From Eledone cirrhosa (lineage: Eukaryota), in NCBI GenBank assembly GCA_964016885.1, contig OZ024764.1, positions 20,832,001 to 20,896,000 on the forward strand: 64,000 nucleotides of DNA, given 5' to 3'. Position numbers and translations under genes: made by a program. The notes under the pieces were generated by a model, which was not told the DNA's origin, did not search any database, and was given only the letters and a program-made list of their open reading frames with translations. Numbering within the stretch: the first letter of the stretch is position 1; every line of letters starts with the position of its first letter. Positions 52,113 through 64,000 of this stretch are shown piece by piece.

Positions 52113-55100
52113 CTGTGTCAATATGAAACTCATTACATCATACTACAACAAATGTGTAGATCCATCATCCTTGCTAAAACTGGGGTTAACCTTGTAGGTT
52201 TTACCTATCACAGGGATCATAAACACCAGGTTTCCATTTTTGAAGTAGTGTTTGAAGATTTTGTGTAAATTGAAGTTTTTCACATTAAACTTTGATTTAT
52301 TATACTTTCACAGGTAAGATATATATTTGTATTTTTAGTAAAGGTTGGGAACTTCTGTAATTTAAACCTGCCAATAAAATGAAAACTTTTTTTGTTGTTA
52401 GTCAGACATTGATATTAATTCTATTGTCCTGTACATTGTCTCAAATATCACAGATTAAACAGATTTTAACAATATCAACAGAAATCAATAACTTGTAAGC
52501 CTAATATTTAGCTTCCATTTTAACTATTTGATATTGTTGTTCCCCTCCTGTCTCTTCAGGTCTTTTAGATTTCAACTTCTATCTACTGTACTATTCCATC
52601 ACCAAGGCAACATTCATCTGGCTGGCAGCTTACATCAGCTACAGATCTCATCAGTGGTTCACAACAGGCTGTCTGAAAGAAACTTGCAGATATCTTCTAT
52701 GTCATAGCTATCAATCTCCTCCTCCTTATCATATGTATCATGTAGAACATCTCTGAATTTATATTTAACAGGGAGATCTTTTACCGTCCCTACCCTTTTC
52801 TCTAGGTTGTCTTGTATCTCTCTCACAGTCCCTATATATATCTTATATTTAACAGGGAGATCTTTTACTATCCCTACCCTTTTCTCTAGATTGTCTTGTA
52901 TCTCTTTCACAGTCCCTCTAGATCTTATATTTAACAGGGAGATCTTTTACTAGCCCTACCCTTTTCTCTAGGTTTTCTTTTACCTCTCTCACAGTCCCTC
53001 TAGATCTTATATTTAACAGGGAGATCTTTTACTCTCCAACCCTTTTCTCTAGGTCGTCTTGTACCTCCCTCACAATCCCTGTAGATCTTATATTTAACAG
53101 GGAGATCTTTTACTCTCCAACCCTTCTACAGATAGTCTTGTATATGTCATTCCCTCTAGATCTTACACCTCGTATCTAGTCTATGTTGAGTGGTACGTCC
53201 TTCTCCAGTAAAGGAGTTAATATTCCCAACCATCTGTCTATCCTGTTTTCTGATGAGAATGAAGTCAATCTAGTTTATCTCTTCACCTGATTGAAGTAAC
53301 TAGATCAAGTAACTAGATGCTTTCCTGTAAGTTAGTGTTGCAGTGTTTGTGTCACCATGTAAGGTTTATATCTATTAATATAGAGATGTAGTAAAGTTTT
53401 CACTGTTGTATCTCTATTTTCTAAATATCTTAATAATGTTTCTCTACTATTTCAGAATATCACAGGACCTTGACAGAAAAGAGTCTTTTAAAGACAACAG
53501 AAAGATGTTATATACAAGTGATATAAACTTGTTTTTATTCTGTGGTGAATTATGGTGAAATATTTCTTCTGAATTGAGATAAATATTTTCCTTTTTCACT
53601 GTCTGCAATATTTACAAGATGATTTTACATTCTGATTAAACTTTAGATATTTCCAAAGGAGTTTTCAAAATATTTGGATATTGACAAAGATCACATTTGG
53701 TAAAAATTATGAACAATAGAAATATTTACATCAACATAGGAATATTTTCCAGAAGAGATGGGAAAATCATACACCACTAATATTTGTGGTAAAGTATTCT
53801 CTCTTCTTTATATGTAGAATATCTAACTAAACACTTTAACTAACAAACTATTGTGCTATTAAATTGACAAACTTGAGCAATGTTTAATAAATGTTACAGA
53901 TTTCTCCAAACTGTCGTTTACTAACTTTAATTTGAAGCTATGTTATCTATATACTACTAAAACTCTGTAATTGTGTCTTGTCTAATTTAATACAGCTAAA
54001 ACAGTGCATAATGGGGAAATACTTTGAAAGGAATAAAACAATTTTTGTATAAATTGGAGCACAGGTTTCCAAGATACAAGGTTTTCTGGGTACCTTTATA
54101 TATATAGGGAGAGAAAGAGATAGTGGTTGTGAGAGTGAGGAGACAGATGGAAGAGAGAGAGAGCTGGTGGTGTTGTTTAATAAAATGTGTGTGTGTGTAT
54201 ATATATATACGTATGTGTATATTTTAACTATTTAAAAATCATTTTTAAATGACTTTTAAAAAATAGTTTTATTGGAACGTGACCCAACAGGTCCCGGGTG
54301 GTCTAGTTTGTTACTAAATACTAGATATTAGAGGGTTATGTTGTTCTAGATGTGCTGGAAGAGCCATTCCATCTTGTGAGGTTCACACCAGCAGCTAGCC
54401 ACCTCAGCACCTATGGTGGTATATTTATTATATTATTTATTCTTTATCATTAACATTAATATAAAAGATAATTATATATTTTTAGAGAAGAACCTCTAAT
54501 TTCATATAGCTTAGGGCTTCAGTAGGTAAAAGTCTGGCCCTGCTTGTCTTGTATTTTTTAGGGGAGAAGTTAGGGAATACTGTTATTGTGTGAAAGTTTT
54601 CTAAATCTTCTGCAGCCACTAACATGGAGAAGATATTTCAGTAAGAAGGTTCACATCCTGACATCTATAGCTGTTGACAATGAGATTGGAATTCATTATT
54701 AAACAAATGTTATATCATCATCACTGTTTAACATCAGTTTTTTCACGCTGGCATGGGTTAGACGAGTTATCCTGTTGTAAGCAAAGCCAGGTCAGGTGAT
54801 AATGTGTTGCTCCTACAGAACAAATTTTGGTTTGGTTTCTGCAGCTGACCTTCCTACAACCAACCTTATTTACATTGAGTACTGGGTGCATTTTACCATC
54901 TCACCATCACGACCTCTTTACAGTGTGGGCTGGGTGCTTTTTGTTGTGACAGCTACATGACCACTTTACAGTGTGCATTGGTTACTTTTTGTTGTGACAC
55001 CAACATGACCACTTTATAGTGTGGACTGGGTACTTTTTGTTGTGACACCAACATGACCATTTTAAAGTTTTGGCTGGGTACTTTTTGTTGTCACCTACAT

Positions 55101-56802
55101 GACCACTTTACAGTGTGGGCTGGGTGCTTTTTGCCGTGACACCTATGGAACCGCTTTACAGCGTGGGCTAGTTTCTTTTTGTCATGTCACCTACATGATC
55201 AGTTTATAGTATTGGCTGTGTGTTCTTTACAGTGTGGGCTGGTTTCTTTTTGTTATATCACCTACATGACCACCTTATAGTGTTGGCGGTGTGTTCTTTG
55301 CAGTGTGGGCTGGTTTCTTTTTTTCATGTCACCTACATGACCAGTTTATAGTATTGGCTGTGTGTTCTTTACAGTGTGGGCTGGTTTCTTTTTGTCATAT
55401 CACCTACATGACCACCTTATAATTTTGACTGTGTGTTCTTTGCAGTGTGGGCTGGTTTCTTTTTGTCATATCACCTACATGACCACCTTATAATGTTGAC
55501 TGTGTGTTCTTTACAGTGTGGGTTGGGTGCTTTTTGTCATATCTCCTACCCAACCACTTTGCAGTGTGGGCAGTGAAATATCAGTAATGCACCAGCTCCA
55601 ATATTCAGTAATCAGAAGAAGGGAGGTAGGCATAAAAGCCAAACTTGCTGTCTTCAATTAGGTTTTTGTGCCAACCCTTTGGATATTTACAAAGGAGTTT
55701 TCAAAATATTTGGATATTGACAAAGATCACATTTGGTAAAATTATGAACAATAGAAATATTTACATCAACATAGGAATATTTTCCAGAAGAGATGGGAAA
55801 ATCATTATACCACTAATATTTGTGGTAAAGTATTCTCTCTTCTTTATATGTAGAACATCTAACTAAACACTTTAACTAACAAACTATTGTGCTATAGAAT
55901 TGACAAACTTGAACAATGTTTAATAAATGTTACAGATTTCTCCAAACTGTCGTTTACTAACTTTAATTTGAAGCTATATTATCTATATACTACTAAAACT
56001 CTGTGATTGTGTCTTGTCCGTAATTTAATACAGCTAAAACAGTGCATAATGGGGAAATACTTTGAAAAGAATAAAACAAGTTTTGTATAAATTGGAGCAC
56101 AGGTTCCCAAGATACGGGGTTTTCTGGGTACCTTCATAAATATAGGGAGAGAGCGAGACAGTGGTGGTGAGAGAGTGGGCGCTGGTGGTGTTGTTTAATA
56201 AATTGTGTGTGTGTGTGTATATATATATATACGTTTATTGTGTGAAAGTTTTCTAAATCTTCTTCAGCCACTAATATGGAGAAGATATTTCAGTAAAAAG
56301 GTTCACATCCTGACATCTATAGCTGTTAACAATGAGATTGGAATTCATTATTAAACAAATGTTATATCATCATCACTGTTTTACATCAGTTTTTCCACGC
56401 TGGCATGGGTTAGACGAGTTATCCTGTTGTAAGCAATGCCACGTCTGGCTCCTACAGAACCAATTTTGATTTTGTTTCTACAGCTGGATGCCCTTCCTAG
56501 CACCAACCTTATTTACATTGAGTACTGGGTGATTTTTACTATCTAACCAACTCGACCACTTCACAGTGTGGGCTGGGTACTTTTTTACTTTTTGTCATGG
56601 CACCTACATGACCACTTTACAGTGAGTACTGGGTACTTTTTATCGTGACACCTACAGTACCACTTTACAGTGTGGATTGGGTACTTTTTGTCATGACACC
56701 TACACAACCTCTTTACAGTGTTGGCAGTGAAATCTAATGCACCAGCTTCAGTAATCAGAATATACATATACACACACACAAACACAAATATATATATATA
56801 TT

Positions 56803-58844
56803 CAGTGGTACCTTGACTTACAAGTGTCCCAACTAATAAGTTTTTCGAGATACGAGCCCTCTCTCGGCTGATTTTTTGCGTTGAGTTCCAGAGTAAAATT
56901 CGGGTTACGAGTTGCCATAGTGACCGCCACAGGCAATACCGTAACACCCGCCCGGCATCCCATGGCTTCGAAGAAAGTGAGGGCGAAGGACAGTTCTGAG
57001 AAGAAGAAGCAGATGATGTGTATTGAATTAAAGAAAGAAATTATAGAAAAACATGACCAAGGTGTGTGTAGTGGACTTGGTGAAGTAGTACGAGCGTAGC
57101 ACTTCTATGATATGTACCATACTGAAGTAGAAGGACTTGATAAAGGCTATAACCCCAGCTAAGGGTGGTAAAATAATTTCTAAACAGCGGACATCTATCC
57201 ATAAAAATATGGAAAAGCTGCTGATGGTGTGGTTGACGGAGAAGCAGCTTGCAAGAGATACCGTGATGAAGATTATAATATGTGAGAAGGCACGAGCTAT
57301 TTACACTGATTTGCTGCAGCAGACCCCAGGTACTTCTACGGACGAGGCATCGGCAAGCCCTTTCATGCCAGTCGGGGTTGGTTTGAGAATTTTAAAAAGA
57401 GGACCGGCATTCACTCCGTTGTCAGGCATGGTGAGGCAGCGAGCGCGGATATGAAGGTAGCTGAGGATTACCTCAAAACCTTTGCCGGAATTATAGCAGC
57501 CAAAGGATACATCCTTCAGCAAGTCTTTAACTGTGATTAAACAGGACTTTTTTGGAAGAAGATGCCAAGGAGGACTTATATAACGGCAGAGGAGAAGAGG
57601 ATGCCTGGCCACAAACCCATGAAGGATAGGCTAACCCTCGCACTGTGTGCCACTGAGCGGCGAGTGTAAGATTAAGTTGCCGCTCGTTTATCATTCAGAA
57701 AACTCCAGAACCTTTAAGTCACATAAGATTCTGAAAGAAAAACTGCAGGTTTTGTGGAGGGCAAACCCGAGGTCATGGGTCACCAGGTAGTTCTTTGTGG
57801 AGTGGGTGAATTTGGTCTTTGGTCCTGACGTTAAAAAATATCTCCATGAAAATAACCTACCCCTGTAAACCCTTCTTGTCCTACATAATGCACCTGCTCA
57901 CTCACCCACCCTCGAAGAGTTCAAGTTTATAAAGGTCCTCTACCTTCCACCAAACACCACCCCTATCCTACAGCCCAAGGACCAGCAGGTACCTTCTAAT
58001 TTCAAGAAGCTCTTCACCAAGCACCTGTTCAGTCGCTGCTTTGAAGTGACGGAGAGCACAAACTTCACCCTTGAGAGGTCTGGAAGGACCATTATAACAT
58101 CGTGATATGCCTCAGAATTATCGATATGACATGGTAGGGTCTTACAATGAGGACCTTGACCTCTACATGGAAGAAGCTGTGGCCTGAAGTTGTGTCTAAA
58201 ACAGACTTTGAAAGACTCGAACCCGAAGCGGCAGTGGTGGAGGAGATTGTACCCCTCGGTAAGTCCACGGGCCTGGACATGGATGAAGGTGACATCAACG
58301 AGCTCATCGAGGAGCACCCCGAGGAAATGACAACGAAGGAATTAAAGGAGCTACAGACACAGCAATACACGGAGTTTTTGCAGGAAATAGGTGACACAGA
58401 GGAGGTTATCTCAACAAGTGAGATGAAACAAACCTTATTAGACAGGTTTTTATTGAAAATCCCTGCAGATAAAAATGAGGAAAGCGTGGCGAAAAGAGCA
58501 AAAATCAGCGAATAAGATTCAGTTATTCAGTTCATCCTTTCTCCTCCGTCAACATCCTCAAGTCGTCTGATCTCCAAGATAGATGCTGTACATTATACTT
58601 AATAAAACTAGTTTGTTGCAGTACATTCTATTGTATTGTTTTTTGTATACAATATTTGTCATTTATAAGTACATTTTTCTTATTTAAAAACACGTAACAA
58701 AACAAACTGTGGTTTTTGGGGGGTCTGGAACGGATTAACGGCATTTATTTTATTTCAGTGGGGAAAATTGATTTGACATACGAGTAATTTAAGTTACGAG
58801 GTCCTCCACGGAACAAATTAAACTCATAAGTCAAGGTACCACAG
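56803..58844 (+). mobile_element. Tigger/pogo DNA transposon, same insertion duplicated, both TIRs visible
   Basis: TIRs cagtggtaccttgacttacaagt / actcataagtcaaggtaccacag in TA-rich flanks. Multiple stops and frameshifts. Confidence 0.93.
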
Positions 58845-59542
58845 TGTGTGTATATATATATATATATATGAAGGAACGATCGACTTTCGTCAAATCGGAC
58901 CGAGGAAGCAATGTTTCCATTGGTCTTTCCAATTGCTCGTACTATCGGTCGCAACTCCAGGTAGAAGGAACAACGTGAAATAAAGTGTCTTGCTCAACGT
59001 CATAACGCATCGCCTGGTCCAGGAATCGAACTCACAACCTCAAGATATATATATATAAATGAAGAATATAGAAATTATTGTAGCAAAAAGCCAACAGTAT
59101 TCCATTTCATTTCATTTCATTTGAGTTTGAGTCCATGCTCAGGCCAAGTCGAAGACTCCACCCTCAATCGAGGACTCCACCCATTATATATATATATATA
59201 GTATAAAAGAGAAAACACAGGTAAGCATTAAGAGAAGGATTTTATCCAGGTATTTACGACCGTTTCATTGGTAAGTGCAACCTTATATTTCTATCCTGCA
59301 AAAAAAAAAAAAAAAAAAAAAAAACCTTATTTCGCTGTTAATAAACAACTGCCTTCTACAGTACGTTTCATTTAACTTACGCAGCATATTTATTTGTTTA
59401 CATGTAATGTAATTCAGACTCTTCTGTACACACACAACATTTAGGAAAACGGAAACAAAATACACAAAAAAACAGACATTTTATTTCTATCGTAATCAAG
59501 TGTGCTAAACCTATATTGTTTACATTCTGTGTTTTTCTACGG

Positions 59543-60913
59543 ATGGGTAGAAATAACAAAATTGCCATGGTGATATCCATCGATGAAATATGCGACAAAA
59601 CCGGCCGATGTCCCAAGATAGAACATTGCCCAGAAAATCACATCTGCCATATCTGTGCGGAACCCGAAAACTCGTTCCGTAATCGCTGGGTCGAATGTGG
59701 AACCTGTCGCATCTCTGTCTGCCTTCAATGCGCCACAGGCTTCCGGAGGATCCCAGGCCCAAAAAAGAGACATCATAATGCTATGATGGATGGAATATGG
59801 GAGATGGTCCAGCTAAAATCCTGGTCCTTTCAGTGTCTGGCCTGTGTGCCTGCCTCCACGAATGTTATTGATGTTATTGAAAAACAACAACAACAACAAA
59901 AACCAATGACTGTGTCTTCCTCTACCACTGTTACTGAACAACGGCAAAAACCTATGACACTGGCTTCTACTGTTATTCCTGTGGGAGAACATCAGAAACA
60001 ACAACAACTCATGTCTTCCACTCCCAGTACATCTCGACACTAACAACTGGTGACTGTGTCTTCCCCTACCATTCCCGTGGAGGAACATCATCATCACCAA
60101 CAACAACAACAGCAACAACCTGCGACTGTGTCCTCCCCTGCCATTCCCGTGGAGGAACATCATCATCACCAACAACAACAACAGCAACAACCTGCGACTG
60201 TGTCCTCCCCTGCCATTCCCGTGGAGGAACATCATCATCACCAACAACGACAGCAGCAGCAGCAGCAACAACAACAACAACCGACCAGTACAGATTTTGC
60301 GGAACTGCAACTAATGATTTCTGCTCTGAGAAGGGAAGTTGCAGGAATAGAGGCAAGCATTCGGGTAGGACCCCACAATGAGGGGTCTTATCGGAATGCC
60401 TTGCTAAAGAATCTCCCTGTACCTCTTGCTGGAAAGACTGAAAAGACTGCGGAATCTACTACCCATGAAGTGATTGCCATTGGGGTACCAGAAGACAAGG
60501 CCGATCTTCAGGCATTTGCTGCCAGCTCGGCCAAAGACCTAGGCTGTGTTCCCCCAAAGGGTGCCCTCCGCCTTGGTCGACCTGGTCCAAAACCCAGACT
60601 CATCAGGCTGTCTTTCTCGGACCCCGCAGAGGCAACCTCATATCATCTGGCCTCTGCTAAAGCTGGGCGTGAAAATCGGATTACCTTCCGAACACGCCCA
60701 GGCCTACCACCCCATGTACGTCCAAAACTACGTGCTGCAGCTTCCTTGAATCGCAACTCAGCACAAGATGAAAGTTTCAGTCTGCGTGATGATGGGCAGA
60801 TCTGGAGGTTTGTCAAGGCTGGTGAAACGTGGAAGAGAGATACCAGCTGGTCTGAGTGTGATCTACCCACAATAACTGGCAATGTAAAAACTGCTACAAC
60901 TCTGGGAAACTAA
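59543..60913 (+). pseudogene. LINE ORF1: PHD-like Cys finger, His/Gln repeats, coiled-coil, RRM-like region; one in-frame TAA at 60041
   Basis: ORF-track segments 59516 and 60050 share a frame. CHIC..WVECGTC..CLQC..FQCLAC; VIAIGVPE; RLGR..KPRLIRLSF. Confidence 0.85.
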
Positions 60914-63735
60914 ACCAGAACAACCTGCCACCCTCTACACACCATCATAAACTGCGAGCAGGGTACAAATTGTTGTCCTTAAATGCTCGCAGTTTATGCA
61001 ACAAGATACATCTGTTCGAATCCTACGTCAGAAGCATCGACCCTGACTTCATCACAGTCACGGAAACATGGGCACATTCCTTACTCTGTGATGGGGTTTT
61101 CACCATTACTGGGTACAACCTTTTCCGCAAGGACCGCATTAACCGCCGTGGTGGTGGTGTGATGGTCTACGTTCGTTCAAACTTTTCGGTAATTCCTTGC
61201 GTTGATTTGAACGAATCACAGGAAGAAGTTTTTTTCTGTGACATACGTATGACCATGTCAACACTTCTGCTTGGTGTTGTTTATCGCCCCCCAAACTACC
61301 ATCAGGACACACAGCTTTGCGATATCCTCAGAGTTGCTGCCAAGAAAACAGCCACTTATGTGTTTATTGCAGGTGACTTCAATCATCCTGAGATCGATTG
61401 GGAAACCTTTCGTTGGCCACAGGGTGCAAACGATTTCCTTGAACTAGTGCTGGACTCAAACTAGTCACAAGTAGTCACCTCTCCAACAAGAGGTGACAAC
61501 ACTTTGGACCTGATCTTCACCACTACTCCTGAAGTGGTTATCAGTTGTACTACTGAAGAACCTCTAGGCGACTCTGATCATGCTATGATCATTGCCAATC
61601 TGGCACTTGAGGGCAGCAACAAAAACCAGGGCCATCTCCAATCTGCTTGCTTTGATTGGAAGAGGGCGGATTGGAACTTGTACTGCACTGAGCTACAGCG
61701 CCCAAACTGGCATGAGATGTATAACTCTGGAGATGTGAACTCTATACTCCAGAGCATCCTGGACTCAATATGGATAGCGTGTGCAGTATCAGTGCCACGG
61801 AAGCGGAAAAATAACCACCCCAAAAGTGCAATCTGGGAAACTTCAGCGGTCCGACTTGCCAGGAAAGAACGTCGGAACGCTGAACGGGAATATAAACTGC
61901 ATAGATCAGATGCCAACAGACAGAAGCGGAATAAATCTTCTAACCATCTCAAGCAAGTGACAAAGAAGGCAGTGCTTGAATTTGAACAGTGCATCGCAAC
62001 CAATCCTGACAGTAAGGTGTTCTGGAAATATGTTCATTCAAAGCAGAGACCTCACTCTCCAGTTGGTCCTCTTCGCAATCCCCACACAAGCCAGATCACT
62101 GATGATCCCAAGGAATGCGCAGAACTCATTGCTGAGTGCTATGCAAGTATTTTTACTGTTGAAAACCAGAATGTACCATCTCCACCATCTCTAACATCAA
62201 ATTCCATAACAACTATGGAATTTACACCTGCAATGTTGCGACGTCACCTTAAGAATAAGCGCAACTATGCCTCCCCTGGTCTTGATGGTGTGACATACCT
62301 GCTTCTCAAACGTGGCGGGGATTTCCTTTTGCGCCAGCTTTCTTCTTTCTTTCAATACTGTCTCAGCAATGGTGCTACTCCGGAGCAGTGGAAAACTGCC
62401 AGTGTCATTCCCCTGTTCAAAAAGGGCAACCGCATGTCACCTGTCAACTATCGTCCAGTCAGTCTTACTAGCTGTATGGCCAAACTGATGGAATCCTGTG
62501 TCAGAGAAACACTTTGGAACTTCTGGAGCTCTCACAGCCTCATCCGGCCCTCACAGTTTGGATTTATCCCTAACTCCAGCTGCTGTGATCAGCTTATCGA
62601 GTTCCTTGAGGACATCACCCGGATCACTGACAGCGGCTCATGGGTGGATGTTGTTTACCTTGACTTTGCTAAGGCTTTTAATTCTGTGCCACACAAAAGA
62701 CTTATGGCAAAACTCTCTGCAATGGGTGTGAGGGATGATCTTTTCGACTGGCTGAAATCCTTCATTCTCAGCCGAAAGGAAGTAGTCACGGTTCTAGGAC
62801 AGCATTCTTCACCATATGAGATGTCATCTGGTGTACCACAGGGATCTGTTCTTGGTCCTCTTTTGTTTGTGGCATATATTAATGACATAGATGCCAACTT
62901 ACAGAATGCCACGGTACTAAAATATGCAGATGACATCAAGCTGTACCTTGAAATCAAAAGGACTGATCCTGAAATTTACAACTCTTTCCTACAATCAGAC
63001 CTGGACACAATGCAGCAATGGATCACAGACTGGCAACTGAAGCTGGCTGTGGACAAGTGTACCACCATGCATTTTGGAAGGAAAAATCCAGCGTCCACAT
63101 ACTCCCTCCACAACACTGACATCAAAAAGTCCTCTTGTGAACGTGACCTGGGCATTACTGTCAGCAACGATTTGCGTTGGACAAAGCATGTCTCTAAGAT
63201 TGTCAAGAAGGCCGAGGATGTCTTGGCATCGCTCAGCAAGACCTTTGTTAGCCGCTCTCCAGCCATCTATTTAAAACTGTATACAGCTATGGTGCGACCA
63301 CACTTGGAATTCGCATCATCAGTCTGGAACCCCTATCTTGCTCGGAACATTGACCTCCTGGAAACTGTTCAGAGACGTGCAACCAAGCGCATACCCTCCA
63401 TCAGACACCTACCATACTCTGAACGCCTTGCTTCCCTGGGCATGGATTCATTGAAGCTCCGACGTCTGGCAATGGACTTGGTGAATACCCACAAAGTTTT
63501 TAACCATCTCGCCAACTGCAACCCTGAGCGCCTCTTTGATCTCCATGTGTCTAACACACGTGGACATGCCTACAAGATAAGAAAACAGCACAGCTCCCAT
63601 GACTTTCGCAGACATTTTTTCACGCTCAGAGTTGCTGAAGCATGGAACAAACTACCTGCGTCAATTGTTAGCTGCCGAGACACTGCATCCTTTAAGACAC
63701 TCATGCTTCCCGAAATACGCCAAAACTACACCTGA
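60904..63735 (+). pseudogene. LINE ORF2: AP endonuclease + reverse transcriptase; one in-frame TAG at 61462
   Basis: LNARSL.NK, VTETW, RKDR..RRGGGV, YRPP, GDFN, DSDH, YRPVSLTS, YLDFAKAF, GVPQGSVLGP, YADD. Confidence 0.93.
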
Positions 63736-63744
63736 TGTGCCCCT

Positions 63745-64000
63745 TCCATACACATGCACACATGTGTGCACTGTTCATTTTACTGATGTTTGTGCATTGC
63801 CCTATGTACTGTACATGCACTTTTTTGATGGGTTGTGGTGCACCTGGGCACTGTGCACAATATTTCATTATTGTTATTGTTATTATATCATGACTCATAC
63901 ACTGTTTATTTTCCTGACATTTGTACATTATTCTATGTACTATACATGCACCTTTGATGAGTTGTAGTGCACCTGAGCACTGTACACAATAATTTCATTA
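63745..64000 (+). repeat. ~130-bp imperfect tandem repeat in the LINE 3' UTR
   Basis: gcacctg.gcactgt.cacaata..ttcatta at ~63840 and ~63969, with shared upstream blocks. Confidence 0.75.

Larger units (their letters stand above)
59300..64000 (+). mobile_element. Young CR1/L2-group LINE (ORF1 + APE-RT ORF2); 3' end lies beyond the window
   Basis: Sequence departs from the paralogous empty site (21361-21400) at ~59300. Two long ORFs with one nonsense codon each and no frameshifts. C-terminal FF..RV...WN.LP motif. Confidence 0.93.

Noticed and set aside
60041-61464. Programmed stop-codon readthrough at TAA 60041 and TAG 61462
   Set aside because: Single substitutions (for example CAA->TAA in a Gln-rich tract) are the simpler explanation. 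Other family copies are needed to say more.

Overview
AT-rich eukaryotic DNA, most likely from an octopus or other coleoid cephalopod. This is an inference from the highly uniform CDICGKSFS...[15 protein letters not shown] finger style, the RTE LINE load and the CORE-type SINE. The window is a tandem segmental duplication with a ~17-20 kb unit (same anchor sequence at 1, 17215, 34322, 54071, 56109). It carries three finger-only C2H2 zinc-finger genes: 15 fingers, 12 fingers, and 12 fingers disrupted by a frameshift and a stop. Two have a putative promoter/non-coding first exon, and each is followed by a relic ZNF exon. The rest is layered transposons: RTE LINEs (one near full length), CRE-clade RLE retrotransposons, a young CR1/L2-group LINE, Buster/SPIN-type hAT, Tigger/pogo, a Tc1/mariner fragment, piggyBac MITEs, non-autonomous Helitrons, a foldback element and tRNA-CORE SINEs. 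Most notable: (1) an in-phase G_GGA_AAC -1 frameshift site joining ORF1 to an AUG-less ORF2 in the CR1-group LINE; (2) PHD-type fingers in three unrelated LINE clades, with CRE remnants piled around the ZNF promoter; (3) four minisatellite families each traceable to LINE sequence; (4) rapid finger shuffling plus splice motifs that might let ZNF exons share first exons. Coordinates were read by eye and may be off by a few bases. No database searches were run.
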